From NCBI GenBank assembly GCA_963719425.1, contig OY970382.1, forward strand, positions 650,880 through 714,879: a stretch of 64,000 nucleotides of DNA. Direction: 5' to 3'. The notes under the pieces were generated by a model. The model did no database searches. It was not told the DNA's origin and was given only the letters and a program-made list of their open reading frames with translations. Shown here in pieces: positions 45,879 through 55,587 of the stretch. Made by a program: the position numbers and the translations under genes. The stretch comes from an uncultured bacterium. Lineage in GTDB: Bacteria; Patescibacteriota; Minisyncoccia; UBA6257; 2-01-FULL-56-20. Each line of letters starts with the position of its first letter. Position 1 is the stretch's first letter.

Positions 45879-48302
45879 CTACTTGACGATGAGTGATTGG
45901 TACCAGAAGTTTTTTGTCGGAAGTGAGGAGGTGACATTGTATACCCAATTCCTCCATTCCTCATCCGTCAGCCGTTGGCCTCCAAGGGGCTGCGTGAACT
46001 CGTAGTGATTGAACGCGAGTCCGACGACTATGCGGGGGTTATTCTCATCATTAACATAAGTCAGCATGAGATATGGATTTCCGTCACCCTCGTAGAGTAT
46101 CTGGTTAGTAAGCGCATCGGTATGGATGTCGGCGACAAGCGCAGGTTTCCCGGAATCCTTGTCCGGTTCGTCTTGACCGCCGAATGGCTGAGCCATGAAT
46201 GACAAGCTGGTCGTACGGAGTTTTTCGTAATCATCGTCGCTGATTGGTGCCCCATTCATTTCCTTTTCGGCCAACCCATCATAGAAACCTACAATACTCT
46301 TAAAGTCATCGAGCCGCGAGAATGCCGCACTATTTTGAAATAGATTGTATTGGTTGTAGAAATCCTCTGTTCGATTGATGAGTCCTTGAAGTTTTTTCCA
46401 AAAAGCGACATTAGGTTCGACGAACCCTCGAACCAATGGCTGGATCGTGCACTCTTCCTCCCCGCCTCCTTTTTCGGCATAGCTCTGTTTGGCGTACAAA
46501 AGTGTGTCGTGTTTTAGCTCGGTGTACGATCCAAGGAATGTTTGAATTTGTTTATCGGAAAAATTCGGCGATTGCATATAGAGCGGATAGCTGCTGCCAT
46601 ATTGTCCGGTAAGCGTCGAGAGTACATTGAGCCACGCGCTGCCGAGCGAATTTTGCCATTCGTCGGCGGTTATCGCCTGAAGCTGTCCAGATTTTTGGTC
46701 AAGAGCCGCCATGAACCCCGCGATATCGGCTTGGGTAAAACCGCTATTCAAGAGAAACTGCGCTGTGTCGCTTTGCGCTTGCGTGTCCCCGAAAGCCGCT
46801 GGCACAAACAGCGCGGAGGGCATTGATGGCAATCTGGTCTGCGTTGCTTCTTGTCCAGCGGTAAGATCGTTCAAAATCCATGCGTCAAAGGTGAATTTTT
46901 GTCCGAAGATTCTGAATCCCAGAGATTGTTTCAATAGATCAGCCTTCGTTAACGATCCAATATTTGGGTTCACAACAACGCTAGAAAATATCTTAGGGAG
47001 CTTCAATTGACCGATGTTGCTATCCAAAGTGCTAAGGGTTGCGGCGCTCGCCAGATTCTGAGGCGTAGAGTTGAATCCGTTTCCTAGAACGTTGTTAAGG
47101 AAACTTTGCCATTCGGTATATGTGATATCGTCGCTCTGGCCAGCGTAAAAACTTGTCACATCGCTAATGTGTTGCCAGGATGAAAGCGGTACATTGCCAT
47201 CGCTGCTCGTCGCCAAAAAGAGATTGGTGAGAAGATTGATATCTTCCACGCCGATGTCTTTCCCGAGGAAATAGCTGTTGCGGCCAAGGTACATCATCGC
47301 TCTGAAGTACGCACGCAGGGCGGAGTTCTTCGTATAATGGCTTCTTGGCGTGAATTGTGTATAGTCACTTTGCAAATCGTCTTTATACTGACCCCAGAGG
47401 GGCGAGGACGTTATATCGCTTGCAGCGTAAATGAGTTGAAGTTCCGAAAGAGCTTCGCTCGCCAAGTCGGGAGTGAGGAATGAAGAGTATTTTACGAAAA
47501 TCGTTTTCGCGTTGGCAAAACTGTCTATGGTTTGGTCTTGAGTAAGATAGGCGTTTTCGGCATCAGGACCAGAGAAATAGTCAGGTTCCGGCGGGCTTTG
47601 ATTTTCAAGTAGAACCCGAGCGACCGTAAGTTGCGCGAGAATATTCTGATATCGCGCTGCAACATCGGGGGTGGCCTGAGTTATTTCTTGCGCTACGTTG
47701 CCGGTAATCTCGGTCAAAAACTTTTCGAGAGCTGGAGAAAGATCGGTTTGCTCAAGCTCCGCGAGCGAGAGATCGAAGTATTTGTGGTAAGCGTGTAGAA
47801 CGATGTCGGGGGTCACGAACACAGCGTCCTCGGGCGCTCGATAACAGGGGTCATAAGGCCCACCAATTCTATCAAATGCATCGAGCATGCTATCGAAACT
47901 GTAATCAGATACCTGGCTCACAGGCAAGAGCAAAAACTTATTCTGTTCTAAATAATCAGCTTGTGCCTGAGAAAGTTGTAAGTTGTATGCAGTTGCGACG
48001 TTGTCAAGGTTATACGCTTTCCCCACAGTACTCACGCTCGTGAACAAGGCTGATGCTGTTGAGGACTGCGTCGCCATTGATGATGTGACCGCTTCGGTAG
48101 TGGTTGCACTTATGGTAGAAGATGGCTGGATTACAGAAAGTGATTGAGCGGTTGAAGACTCCGTTGTCTGTTGGGTTGGAGTGGTCGGGGAAATGTTTGG
48201 TCTTTTCATAAACACAAAGCCAGCCCCGATTATCGCTATCAGCACAACGGCGACAATGATGCCAATAAGAACTCCGGAGAAGCCGCCCCTCCTAGGGATC
48301 AT
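45879..48302 (-). CDS. Large hypothetical membrane-anchored protein (N-terminal TM, Ser/Thr-rich linker, ~650-aa extracytoplasmic domain)
   Basis: 807-aa ORF with N-terminal GVLIGIIVAVVLIAIIGAGFVF helix followed by a T/S/Q-rich linker. Confidence 0.6.
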   Translation of the reverse strand: MIPRRGGFSGVLIGIIVAVVLIAIIGAGFVFMKRPNISPTTPTQQTTESSTAQSLSVIQPSSTISATTTEAVTSSMATQSSTASALFTSVSTVGKAYNLDNVATAYNLQLSQAQADYLEQNKFLLLPVSQVSDYSFDSMLDAFDRIGGPYDPCYRAPEDAVFVTPDIVLHAYHKYFDLSLAELEQTDLSPALEKFLTEITGNVAQEITQATPDVAARYQNILAQLTVARVLLENQSPPEPDYFSGPDAENAYLTQDQTIDSFANAKTIFVKYSSFLTPDLASEALSELQLIYAASDITSSPLWGQYKDDLQSDYTQFTPRSHYTKNSALRAYFRAMMYLGRNSYFLGKDIGVEDINLLTNLFLATSSDGNVPLSSWQHISDVTSFYAGQSDDITYTEWQSFLNNVLGNGFNSTPQNLASAATLSTLDSNIGQLKLPKIFSSVVVNPNIGSLTKADLLKQSLGFRIFGQKFTFDAWILNDLTAGQEATQTRLPSMPSALFVPAAFGDTQAQSDTAQFLLNSGFTQADIAGFMAALDQKSGQLQAITADEWQNSLGSAWLNVLSTLTGQYGSSYPLYMQSPNFSDKQIQTFLGSYTELKHDTLLYAKQSYAEKGGGEEECTIQPLVRGFVEPNVAFWKKLQGLINRTEDFYNQYNLFQNSAAFSRLDDFKSIVGFYDGLAEKEMNGAPISDDDYEKLRTTSLSFMAQPFGGQDEPDKDSGKPALVADIHTDALTNQILYEGDGNPYLMLTYVNDENNPRIVVGLAFNHYEFTQPLGGQRLTDEEWRNWVYNVTSSLPTKNFWYQSLIVK

Positions 48303-48344
48303 AATGAAATTGTAGCATATGATTTGGCTGTTTTAGGCAGCAGC

Positions 48345-48458
48345 TCCTATAAAAAGTTCGAATCATGGCGCCCTGCTCGGATCCGTGACGTAAACTGATT
48401 CTCCGCGAGCATTGGAAAATATAGGGGGAACTGTCCCGCGAGCGGGTGCACACTCCCG
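48345..48458. repeat. Intergenic repeat family, copy 3 (partial, ~115 nt) abutting the 3' end of tRNA-Ser
   Basis: AAAAGTTCGAATCATGGCGCCCTGCTCGGATCCGTGAC…GGGGGAACTGTCCCGCGAGCGGGTGCACACTCCCGCGG aligns with the first halves of copies 1 and 2. Confidence 0.7.
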
Positions 48459-48545
48459 CGGAAGGGGCGAGATTCGAACTCGCGGTACCATTTCTGGTAC
48501 ACGATCTTTCCAGGATCGCCAGTTAAACCACTCCTGCACCCTTCC
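48459..48545 (-). tRNA. tRNA-Ser (anticodon GGA), class II with long variable arm
   Basis: Minus strand folds as GGAAGGG-TG-CAG/D-loop/CTG-G-CGATC-CTGGAAA-GATCG-variable arm GTACCAGAAATGGTAC-GCGAG-TTCGAAT-CTCGC-CCCTTCC-G. Anticodon loop CTGGAAA gives GGA. No encoded CCA. Confidence 0.85.
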
Positions 48546-48589
48546 CCGTCCCGCGCCATATTTCCGCAAGGAAATCCGGCACCGGGAAA

Positions 48590-49282
48590 CTACCCAATAA
48601 TAGTGCCCTGAAAGTCCTTTCCGTTCAAGAGGTTGCGGAAGTTGGGGAGATTGCGGCCGTCTGCGATGATCGCTTTCACGCCCTCGCGCGCGGCGAGCGC
48701 GGCGCCCACGGGATCCACCGGCGCGTGGAGGCCCGGCTTCCACTTCCGCGGAATGAGCCGCCGATACTCGCGCCACGTAAGCTTGTGGAACGGCTTCGCG
48801 TCGGCATACTTCGCATGGTCTTTGTCGTACACATGTGCGGGCTTTCCCGCAACAACCACCTCTCCCACACCGAGATCCGCCGCAATCCGAATTGCGACGT
48901 AATCCGTGGACCATCCCGGCCGCCAGCCCGAGGCGATCGTGATGGGATATTTTAATTTCTTCACCTTCTCGCGCGCGTCAACGATCACGGGATCCGCGCT
49001 CTCGCGGAAGATGGTGCGCAGGAGATGGGCATTGAGCCGCGTCGCATGAATGCCAATCCAGTCCTTGTCTTCATCGGTCACCCGCGTTACCCTTGCCGCC
49101 GCTTCCTGAAAACGGCGGGATAATTTACCGCCGCCGATCACAAGCACGAACTTTACGCCGCGCCGGAGGTAGGGCACGACGAATGATTTGAACTTTTTGA
49201 TAAACGCCGTATCAATCTCGTCCGGATATATCACAGAGCCGCCGAGGGCCACCACTATTGTTTTTCCGAACGAGTATCTCAT
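48590..49282 (-). CDS. Amino-acid-kinase family protein (UMP kinase-like)
   Basis: TIVVALGGSV, VIGGGK and D…G motifs of the carbamate/UMP kinase fold. Start moved to ATG 49282 to avoid overlap with htpX. Confidence 0.55.
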   Translation of the reverse strand: MRYSFGKTIVVALGGSVIYPDEIDTAFIKKFKSFVVPYLRRGVKFVLVIGGGKLSRRFQEAAARVTRVTDEDKDWIGIHATRLNAHLLRTIFRESADPVIVDAREKVKKLKYPITIASGWRPGWSTDYVAIRIAADLGVGEVVVAGKPAHVYDKDHAKYADAKPFHKLTWREYRRLIPRKWKPGLHAPVDPVGAALAAREGVKAIIADGRNLPNFRNLLNGKDFQGTIIG

Positions 49283-49289
49283 GGGCGTG

Positions 49290-50258
49290 CTAGACGGAAA
49301 TTGCTTTGAGCGCCGCGATGCGTTCTTCAATCGGAGGGTGGGTCATGAAAAGCTTGTGCCACCAGGAGGCCTGCGAACCCTTGAATGGATTGTCCAGCCA
49401 CATATGCGCCGTGGAGTCCTTCGCGGAACGCATGGGCGTGGAATCCTCTCCGATCTTCTGTAAAGCCGAAATCAGCCCTTCCGGATAGCGCGTGAGCAAA
49501 ACGCCTGAGGCGTCCGCGAGCGCCTCGCGTCGGCGCGAAATCGCGAGCTGAATCAGCATCGTGCCGATCGGCGCCAAAATAGAAAGGATGATCGCGAAAA
49601 TGAAAAACATCTCACCGCCCTCGCTATTGCTGCGCCGGCCACCGCCCAGTCCCATACCTCCCATGAAAAGCGACCGCAGAAAGAGATCGGCGACAAGCGA
49701 GATGATGCCCGCAAGGATCGCGGCAACGGTGGATACGAGGATGTCGCGGTTGCCGACATGCGAAAGCTCGTGGGCGAGCACTCCTTGCAGCTCGTCCTTA
49801 TTCAAACGCGCGAGCGCGCCCTGCGTGACCGCGACCGCCGCATGCTGCGGATCGCGCCCGGTCGCAAACGCGTTGATCTGCATCTCGGGCGTGATATAGA
49901 GCTTCGGCATCGGCAAGCCAGCGGTAATGCAAAGATTTTCTACGATATTGTAGAGCATCGGATTGTCGCTCTTCTCAATTGGCTTCGCGCGAGCGAGTGA
50001 AAGCGCGATCGCCGCGGAGGAATAATAACTGATGAGTGAATATACGACGCTGAAGATCAGCGCGAACACAATGAAGCTCGGATCACCGTACGCCTGCGAG
50101 AACACATACCCGATGCCCATGACCACGACAAAAAATACCGCGAACAAAACCCATGTTCTGCGGACGTTCGCAGATTGATACGTGTAAAGATTAGCCATAA
50201 ACGGTACATCCATTATACGACTGAGAAATGAAAAAGTAAACCGAATAAGTTGACGCAA
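49290..50258 (-). CDS. htpX: Zinc metalloprotease HtpX (M48)
   Basis: HELSHV zinc motif (LAHELSHVGNRDIL), 4 TM helices, C-terminal MTHPPIEERI. Confidence 0.85.
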   Translation of the reverse strand: MRQLIRFTFSFLSRIMDVPFMANLYTYQSANVRRTWVLFAVFFVVVMGIGYVFSQAYGDPSFIVFALIFSVVYSLISYYSSAAIALSLARAKPIEKSDNPMLYNIVENLCITAGLPMPKLYITPEMQINAFATGRDPQHAAVAVTQGALARLNKDELQGVLAHELSHVGNRDILVSTVAAILAGIISLVADLFLRSLFMGGMGLGGGRRSNSEGGEMFFIFAIILSILAPIGTMLIQLAISRRREALADASGVLLTRYPEGLISALQKIGEDSTPMRSAKDSTAHMWLDNPFKGSQASWWHKLFMTHPPIEERIAALKAISV

Positions 50259-50332
50259 TAAAAGAATTCACCTATAACCTGTCTTAGTGGCCCACGCGTC
50301 ACGTTGTCATTTCAAAGCGAGAGGAGAACGAA

Positions 50333-51004
50333 ATGAAGAGCATCCTGAAAATCGCTGCGGTCCTATTGGTAATCCTTCTTTCACCATCGCCGTCTGCCGC
50401 CCAGGTAATCAGGCCGGTCTGGGACGACATAAACAGTAACCTCAAAGGCCTAGAAAAACACCTCGCCGCGTACGAAGAGGCGCGCGCCCAAGCATGGGAA
50501 AGCTTCGTCGTCCTCAGGCAGATAAAGGGTCTGTCCTCTTCAAAAACGGATGTTGTTGAAATGGCCCGCCGATACTTCAACGCAAAACGGCAGACCGCCA
50601 AGGGCATGAGAAAAGATTTGATCAGAAACAATAATGAGGTTTCGAGATGGGTCAGCGAGAATGTATCTCCTTGTGTGAATAATGAAAGAAAGGAGATAAC
50701 CGCTGAGTGTTGGTCCGAGATGAGCCGAGAGGAACGGCGGGGAAAGTTGGATGATGCCTATGATCGTCTTGATAGGATTCATGCGGCAATTCGCCAGGCG
50801 AATGTGGAAGAGAAGAAAAGGGACGAGGAGATACACAGGGTCATACCGGAGCCTGATGACGTAGCATCACCCCCCTCGCATCCGCCGGCGACGGGAACCT
50901 CCACCGGACAACAACAAACGTGTCGCAACGACGCACAGTCACGTAAGCCCAGAGAAAATACCCTCTGGGCTTGCACTTTTTATAATCCTCGCGCCTCTGT
51001 TTAG
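50333..51004 (+). CDS. Hypothetical secreted protein
   Basis: Signal peptide MKSILKIAAVLLVILLSPSPSAAQ followed by a charged helical domain. Confidence 0.5.
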   Translation: MKSILKIAAVLLVILLSPSPSAAQVIRPVWDDINSNLKGLEKHLAAYEEARAQAWESFVVLRQIKGLSSSKTDVVEMARRYFNAKRQTAKGMRKDLIRNNNEVSRWVSENVSPCVNNERKEITAECWSEMSREERRGKLDDAYDRLDRIHAAIRQANVEEKKRDEEIHRVIPEPDDVASPPSHPPATGTSTGQQQTCRNDAQSRKPRENTLWACTFYNPRASV

Positions 51005-51552
51005 AACTTCACCTGCACCGGCTGCTTCTCGGCTTCCGTGAGGTCGCCGAAGAAATCCATTTGTTTGAAACCGAACGCGTTCGCGAACATGTTCGTCGGG
51101 AAAACTTGGATTTTTATGTTCAGGTCACGGACCATACCGTTGTAGAAGCGGCGCGCGGCCTGGATCTTATCCTCGGTGTCGGTCAATTCGTTCTGTAAGC
51201 TCAAGAAGTTCTGGTTCGCCTTGAGGTCGGGATAATTTTCCGCAACCGCGAACAAAGATTTGAGTGTTTGCGAGAGCTGGTTTTCCGCACCCGCCTTCGC
51301 CGTACCCGTCGCCTGCATCGCCTGCGCGCGCGCTTTCGTCACGTCCTCAAACACCGTCTTTTCGTGCGCGGCGTAGCCCTTCACCGTTTCCACAAGGTTC
51401 GGAATCAGGTCGTACCTACGCTTCAATTGCACGTCAATATCCGACCACGCCTCCTGCGCGCGATTCCGCGTCTGCACAAGGCCGTTGTACGCAAGCACAA
51501 GCCATAGCAAAATAATGACGATGAGAATCAAAATAATCCAAAGCGCAATCAT
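51001..51552 (-). CDS. LemA-family protein
   Basis: N-terminal TM, then YNGLV…RN…EAWSDIDVQLKRRYDLIPNLV, the conserved LemA core. Confidence 0.8.
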   Translation of the reverse strand: MIALWIILILIVIILLWLVLAYNGLVQTRNRAQEAWSDIDVQLKRRYDLIPNLVETVKGYAAHEKTVFEDVTKARAQAMQATGTAKAGAENQLSQTLKSLFAVAENYPDLKANQNFLSLQNELTDTEDKIQAARRFYNGMVRDLNIKIQVFPTNMFANAFGFKQMDFFGDLTEAEKQPVQVKF

Positions 51553-51599
51553 GTGAGATGTGGTCTTAGTATATCACGCAACGCGAAACAAGCAAGGAA

Positions 51600-53276
51600 T
51601 CAGTAATCCTCGCCACCCATTCCCTCCATCCCGCCGCCCGGCGCCGGCGGATTCTTCTTCTCCGGAATGCTCGTGATGGCCGCCCCCACCGTAAGATAAT
51701 TCGCGGCGACGGAAACGGCATTCACAAACGCCGCGCGCACCACCTTCAAGGGATCAACGATACCGGCCTCTTTAAGATCTCCGATTTCGTTGGTCACTGC
51801 ATTGAATCCGCTCCACGGTTCGCCCCGCCGCTTCCGAAGATCGCCCACCACGCGGTCCGGCGATTCGCCGCTGTTTGCGACGATCGCGCGGAGTGGCGAT
51901 TCAAGCGCGCGCTCAAGGATGTCCACCACGCCGTCGTTGATCGTCGCCGTTCCATGGCCACCGCCGCCCTCCGCACCACCCCTCGCACTGCGCTTCTCTC
52001 CCACGGTCGGCAACACGTTAAAAAGCGCGATGCCACCGCCTGGAACGATTCCCTCTTCCATCGCGGCGCGGGTCGCGGCGACCGCATCCTCCACGCGCTG
52101 CTTCAGCTCCTTCTGCGCGGCCTCGGTCGGCGCGCCAACTTTGATCACCGCGACGCCGCCCGCGAGCTTACCCAACCGCTCTTTCAATTTCTCCTTATCA
52201 AAATCAGAGTCGGCCTTTTTGATCTGCGCCTTGATCTGCGCCACGCGATCGTCGATCGCCTTCTTTTCCCCCTTGCCGCCGACGATCGTCGTATTGTCTT
52301 TGTTTGACACCACGCGATGCGCGTGGCCGAGGTCATCAACCTCCGCGTTCTCCAGTTTCTTTCCAAGGTCCTCCGAAATGAACGTGGCGCCGGTCACGAC
52401 CGCAATGTCCTGTAACATCTCTTTCTTTCGGTCGCCGAAGCCAGGCGCCTTCACCGCAAGCACATTGAAGATGCCGCGCAGCTTGTTGACGACTAACGTC
52501 GCAAGCGCTTCACCCTCCACCTCGTCCGCGACGATCAGAAGCTCTTTTTTCCCGCTCTGCACGATCTTTTCCAAGAGCTGAAGGATATCCTGAATGGAAG
52601 AGATTTTCTTGTCGGTCACCAAGATGTATGGATCTTCCAAAACGGCCTCCATCCGCTCCTGATTGGTCATCATATAAGGGCTCACGTAGCCGCGGTCAAA
52701 CTGCATGCCTTCTACGATCTCATGAGAATTGCTGATGGTATTGGAATCCTCAGTGGTCACCACCCCTTCCTTGCCGACCTTCTCCATCACCGTCGCGATG
52801 AGCTCGCCGATCTCCGCATCCTTCGCCGAGAGCGTCGCGACTTCCCCTATTTTTTTATTGTCGATGAGTTCGCGCTGGTCCTCAAGCGCTTTGATGACCG
52901 ACTGGCTCGCCTTGCGGAGTTCCTCCGCAAGCTGGATCACGTTGAATCCCTTCTCGCGGATCACTTTCTCGCCCTCGTCAATCATCGCGTGCGCGAGGAT
53001 CGTCGCCGTGGTCGTCCCGTCCCCCACGCCGTCGTTCGTCTTGTCGGCTGCCTGCTTGATAAATTCCGCGCCGACGTTCTCCCACTTGTCTTCCAGCTCA
53101 ATCTCCTTTGCCACGTTCACGCCGTCAAACGTGACTTGCGGCGCGCCGTAGCCCCTTTCAATTACAACCGCGCGGCCCCGCGGCCCAAGCGTCATCGTGA
53201 CCGCCTTCGCCAGTTTGTCTATCCCGCGCTTGATTGCCGCGCGCGCGTCCTCGTTGAATTTAATCTGTTTTGCCAT
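51600..53276 (-). CDS. groL: Chaperonin GroEL
   Basis: AKQIKFNEDAR…GPRGRAVV…, C-terminal GGM-like repeat (GGGMEGMGG). Confidence 0.95.
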   Translation of the reverse strand: MAKQIKFNEDARAAIKRGIDKLAKAVTMTLGPRGRAVVIERGYGAPQVTFDGVNVAKEIELEDKWENVGAEFIKQAADKTNDGVGDGTTTATILAHAMIDEGEKVIREKGFNVIQLAEELRKASQSVIKALEDQRELIDNKKIGEVATLSAKDAEIGELIATVMEKVGKEGVVTTEDSNTISNSHEIVEGMQFDRGYVSPYMMTNQERMEAVLEDPYILVTDKKISSIQDILQLLEKIVQSGKKELLIVADEVEGEALATLVVNKLRGIFNVLAVKAPGFGDRKKEMLQDIAVVTGATFISEDLGKKLENAEVDDLGHAHRVVSNKDNTTIVGGKGEKKAIDDRVAQIKAQIKKADSDFDKEKLKERLGKLAGGVAVIKVGAPTEAAQKELKQRVEDAVAATRAAMEEGIVPGGGIALFNVLPTVGEKRSARGGAEGGGGHGTATINDGVVDILERALESPLRAIVANSGESPDRVVGDLRKRRGEPWSGFNAVTNEIGDLKEAGIVDPLKVVRAAFVNAVSVAANYLTVGAAITSIPEKKNPPAPGGGMEGMGGEDY

Positions 53277-53294
53277 GATGGTATGTGAAATTAT

Positions 53295-53612
53295 TTATTC
53301 AATGATCGCCAAGATGTCGTCCTCGTCGCCGACCAGATATTTCTTCTCGTCAATCTCGATCTCGTCCGGCCCGTATTTCTTGAAGAGGACGATATCGCCG
53401 ACTTTGACCGACATTGGCGTGAGCTCGCCTTTCTCATTACGCTTCCCGGGACCAACCGCGAGCACTTTCCCTTTTATCGGCTTTTCTTTCTCCGCCGTTT
53501 CCGGAAGCACGATGCCGCCCTTTGTTTTCTTTTCCTCCTCCACCGGCTCAAGGAACAAATGATTGGATAATGGTTTGAAATTCATTACTGTTTTAAATGT
53601 TTTAGCACTCAC
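53295..53612 (-). CDS. groS: Co-chaperonin GroES
   Basis: 105 aa with KPLSNHLFLEP…GGIVLPETA…GDIVLFKKY… typical Hsp10 pattern. Confidence 0.95.
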   Translation of the reverse strand: MSAKTFKTVMNFKPLSNHLFLEPVEEEKKTKGGIVLPETAEKEKPIKGKVLAVGPGKRNEKGELTPMSVKVGDIVLFKKYGPDEIEIDEKKYLVGDEDDILAIIE

Positions 53613-53657
53613 GACCTTTGAGTGCCAATAGGTATTTTATGCCGAACGGCGGCGTTG

Positions 53658-53879
53658 TCAAGCGCGCCAAAATCTTCTCGCAGAGAGTTGTGATTGTTTT
53701 ATGATAGACCGCATAGTGCCTTTCGGAATCTCCAGCTTGTTCATCGGTACTATCACAACGATCGCCCCTCGCGCATCAATCTTTCTATATTTCCCATGGC
53801 TGCCTTTCTGTGAAATAAAAACGAAGCCCTCCCGGAGGAGGACCGCAACCACCTGCTTTGATGAAAACAGTTTAGACAT
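53658..53879 (-). CDS. hicA: Type II toxin HicA-family mRNA interferase
   Basis: KQVVAVLLREGFVFISQKGSHGKYRK matches the HicA/YcfA dsRBD-like motif. Start set at MSKLFSS (ATG 53879). Confidence 0.7.
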   Translation of the reverse strand: MSKLFSSKQVVAVLLREGFVFISQKGSHGKYRKIDARGAIVVIVPMNKLEIPKGTMRSIIKQSQLSARRFWRA

Positions 53880-54108
53880 ACACCAGGTGGTCGTGAGTGC
53901 GAATGGAAGGATTACCGATCCGGGTGATCTCCGCCGATGAGGCATCTTCCAGATACAACTCCAACGCTTCTTTGAGGTTTTTTAACGCCCCGTTTTTCGT
54001 TGTGCCGAAGCTTGAAATATCCACATTCAAACACTGGGCAACGTAGTATTTGCCTTCTTTCCAAATCGCGGTCGCAAATTGCATTTTTTTCATGCGTTTT
54101 CGTTTCAT
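53872..54108 (-). CDS. hicB: HicB-family antitoxin
   Basis: …YYVAQCLNVDISSFGTTKNGALKNLKEALELYLED resembles the HicB RNase-H-like fold consensus. 8-nt overlap with hicA. Confidence 0.6.
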   Translation of the reverse strand: MKRKRMKKMQFATAIWKEGKYYVAQCLNVDISSFGTTKNGALKNLKEALELYLEDASSAEITRIGNPSIRTHDHLVYV

Positions 54109-54142
54109 AATGGCATAGTGTGATGAAAATGCAAGAATTCTT

Positions 54143-55099
54143 TTAGCTTTTTTTAATGTGGTCGTAGATGTTCAAAACGGCCTTTACGGCGTCGCCGGCG
54201 GAGATGTTGTTCTGCCGGTACAAGACGTCCGTCACATCCCCTACTGCCCAGACGCCGGGGCATGAGGTGGCCTGGGTCCGCGCGTCAACGACCACGTGGC
54301 CGCGTTCATCAAGCTTCACAAGATCTTTCACGAAGTCGGAATTGGGAAGTAAGCCGACTTCCACAAAAACGCCGTCAAGCGAGAGGTCGCGCCCTTCGCT
54401 GGTCTTCGTATTTTTGATATGAACGCCGGTCACAAAATCCTTGCCCTGTATCGTTTCTACCACCGTGTTCCACAAAATGGTCACCTTGGGGTCATTTTTT
54501 ACCTTGTCCTGTGAGATGGGGTCGCCCCTCAAAATCTCCGAGCGGACGATCAAATAAATCTTGGATGAGTAGGGAAACAGATCCATGACCGACTCAAGCG
54601 CGGAATTCCCGCCGCCAACCACGGCGGTCACTTTGTCCTTGAAAATGGGTGCATCGCACGTGGAGCAATACACCACGCCCTTCCCGTCAAATTCCTTCTC
54701 GCCGGGAACGCCAAGTTTTCTCCTGCGGCTGCCGGACGCCAAAAGCACGAATTTCGTTTCGTATGTCTTACCATTCCTCGTCGCAACGGAGAAACCCTGC
54801 CCAGCACCACTCGCAGGCGAGTGGTGCTGCGCGGCGCTATCGTCCTTTTTGATTCCTGTGACGAGATCGTCGTCCACGATGTCAATATCCTCCTGCGCGC
54901 GGAGGTGTTCTTCAAGCGATTTCGCAAGATCGTAGCCGGAAATGGACTTCGTCCCGATCCAATTCTGCACCTCGCCCGAAACCGACGACTGGCCACCGAA
55001 GCTGTCGGTGATAAGCAATGTCTTTATTTTCTTCCGCGCAGCGTAAACACCCGCGGCGACGCCGCCCGGCCCACCGCCAATGATAATCAGGTCGTACAT
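54143..55099 (-). CDS. trxB: Thioredoxin-disulfide reductase
   Basis: YDLIIIGGGPGGVAAGVYAARK FAD motif, CSTCDAPIF redox-active CxxC, VVGGGNSALE NADPH motif. Start moved to ATG 55099. Confidence 0.85.
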   Translation of the reverse strand: MYDLIIIGGGPGGVAAGVYAARKKIKTLLITDSFGGQSSVSGEVQNWIGTKSISGYDLAKSLEEHLRAQEDIDIVDDDLVTGIKKDDSAAQHHSPASGAGQGFSVATRNGKTYETKFVLLASGSRRRKLGVPGEKEFDGKGVVYCSTCDAPIFKDKVTAVVGGGNSALESVMDLFPYSSKIYLIVRSEILRGDPISQDKVKNDPKVTILWNTVVETIQGKDFVTGVHIKNTKTSEGRDLSLDGVFVEVGLLPNSDFVKDLVKLDERGHVVVDARTQATSCPGVWAVGDVTDVLYRQNNISAGDAVKAVLNIYDHIKKS

Positions 55100-55121
55100 G
55101 GCATACCTCAAAAAAGAATGG

Positions 55122-55364
55122 CTACTCCTTCGCGGGCAGGAGGAGACTTTCCAACGTCTTCTTGTCAAAACCGATGATGACCTCGCCGCCCACGTCAATC
55201 ACGGGAACGCCCATTTGGTGGGACTTCGCGAACATCTCTTCGCGCGCTTTCGCGTCAGCGGCCACATCGTGTTCCTCATACGCGATCCCGTTCTTTTGAA
55301 AGAAATCTTTCGCCATCCTGCAATAGACGCAGGTCGGCGTGCTGTAAATCACAACTTTTTTCAT
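55122..55364 (-). CDS. Glutaredoxin-like protein (NrdH/Grx family)
   Basis: 80 aa with CVYC active site and C-terminal GVPVIDVGGEVIIGFD. Confidence 0.75.
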   Translation of the reverse strand: MKKVVIYSTPTCVYCRMAKDFFQKNGIAYEEHDVAADAKAREEMFAKSHQMGVPVIDVGGEVIIGFDKKTLESLLLPAKE

Positions 55365-55555
55365 GGATTTGTTTGTGACGGACCTTTATTATTTCGTTGC
55401 TCGCCGAAGAGCAACCAACTGTTCACGAGGATAAGAATAAGGCCGCAGAGGATGCTGCTCCACTTCGCGATTGAGATATTCGCAAATCCCAAAAGCCACG
55501 GCGAAAGCAAAATCCAAAATCCGACGATGCCTTCTATCCAATATTCCACCACCAC
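55361..55555 (-). CDS. Small SPW-repeat-like membrane protein
   Basis: 64 aa, two TM helices, LSPWLLGF motif. Confidence 0.4.
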   Translation of the reverse strand: MVVEYWIEGIVGFWILLSPWLLGFANISIAKWSSILCGLILILVNSWLLFGEQRNNKGPSQTNP

Positions 55556-55587
55556 TCTATTTTAGGAGTCGGCCACGCCCGAGTCAA

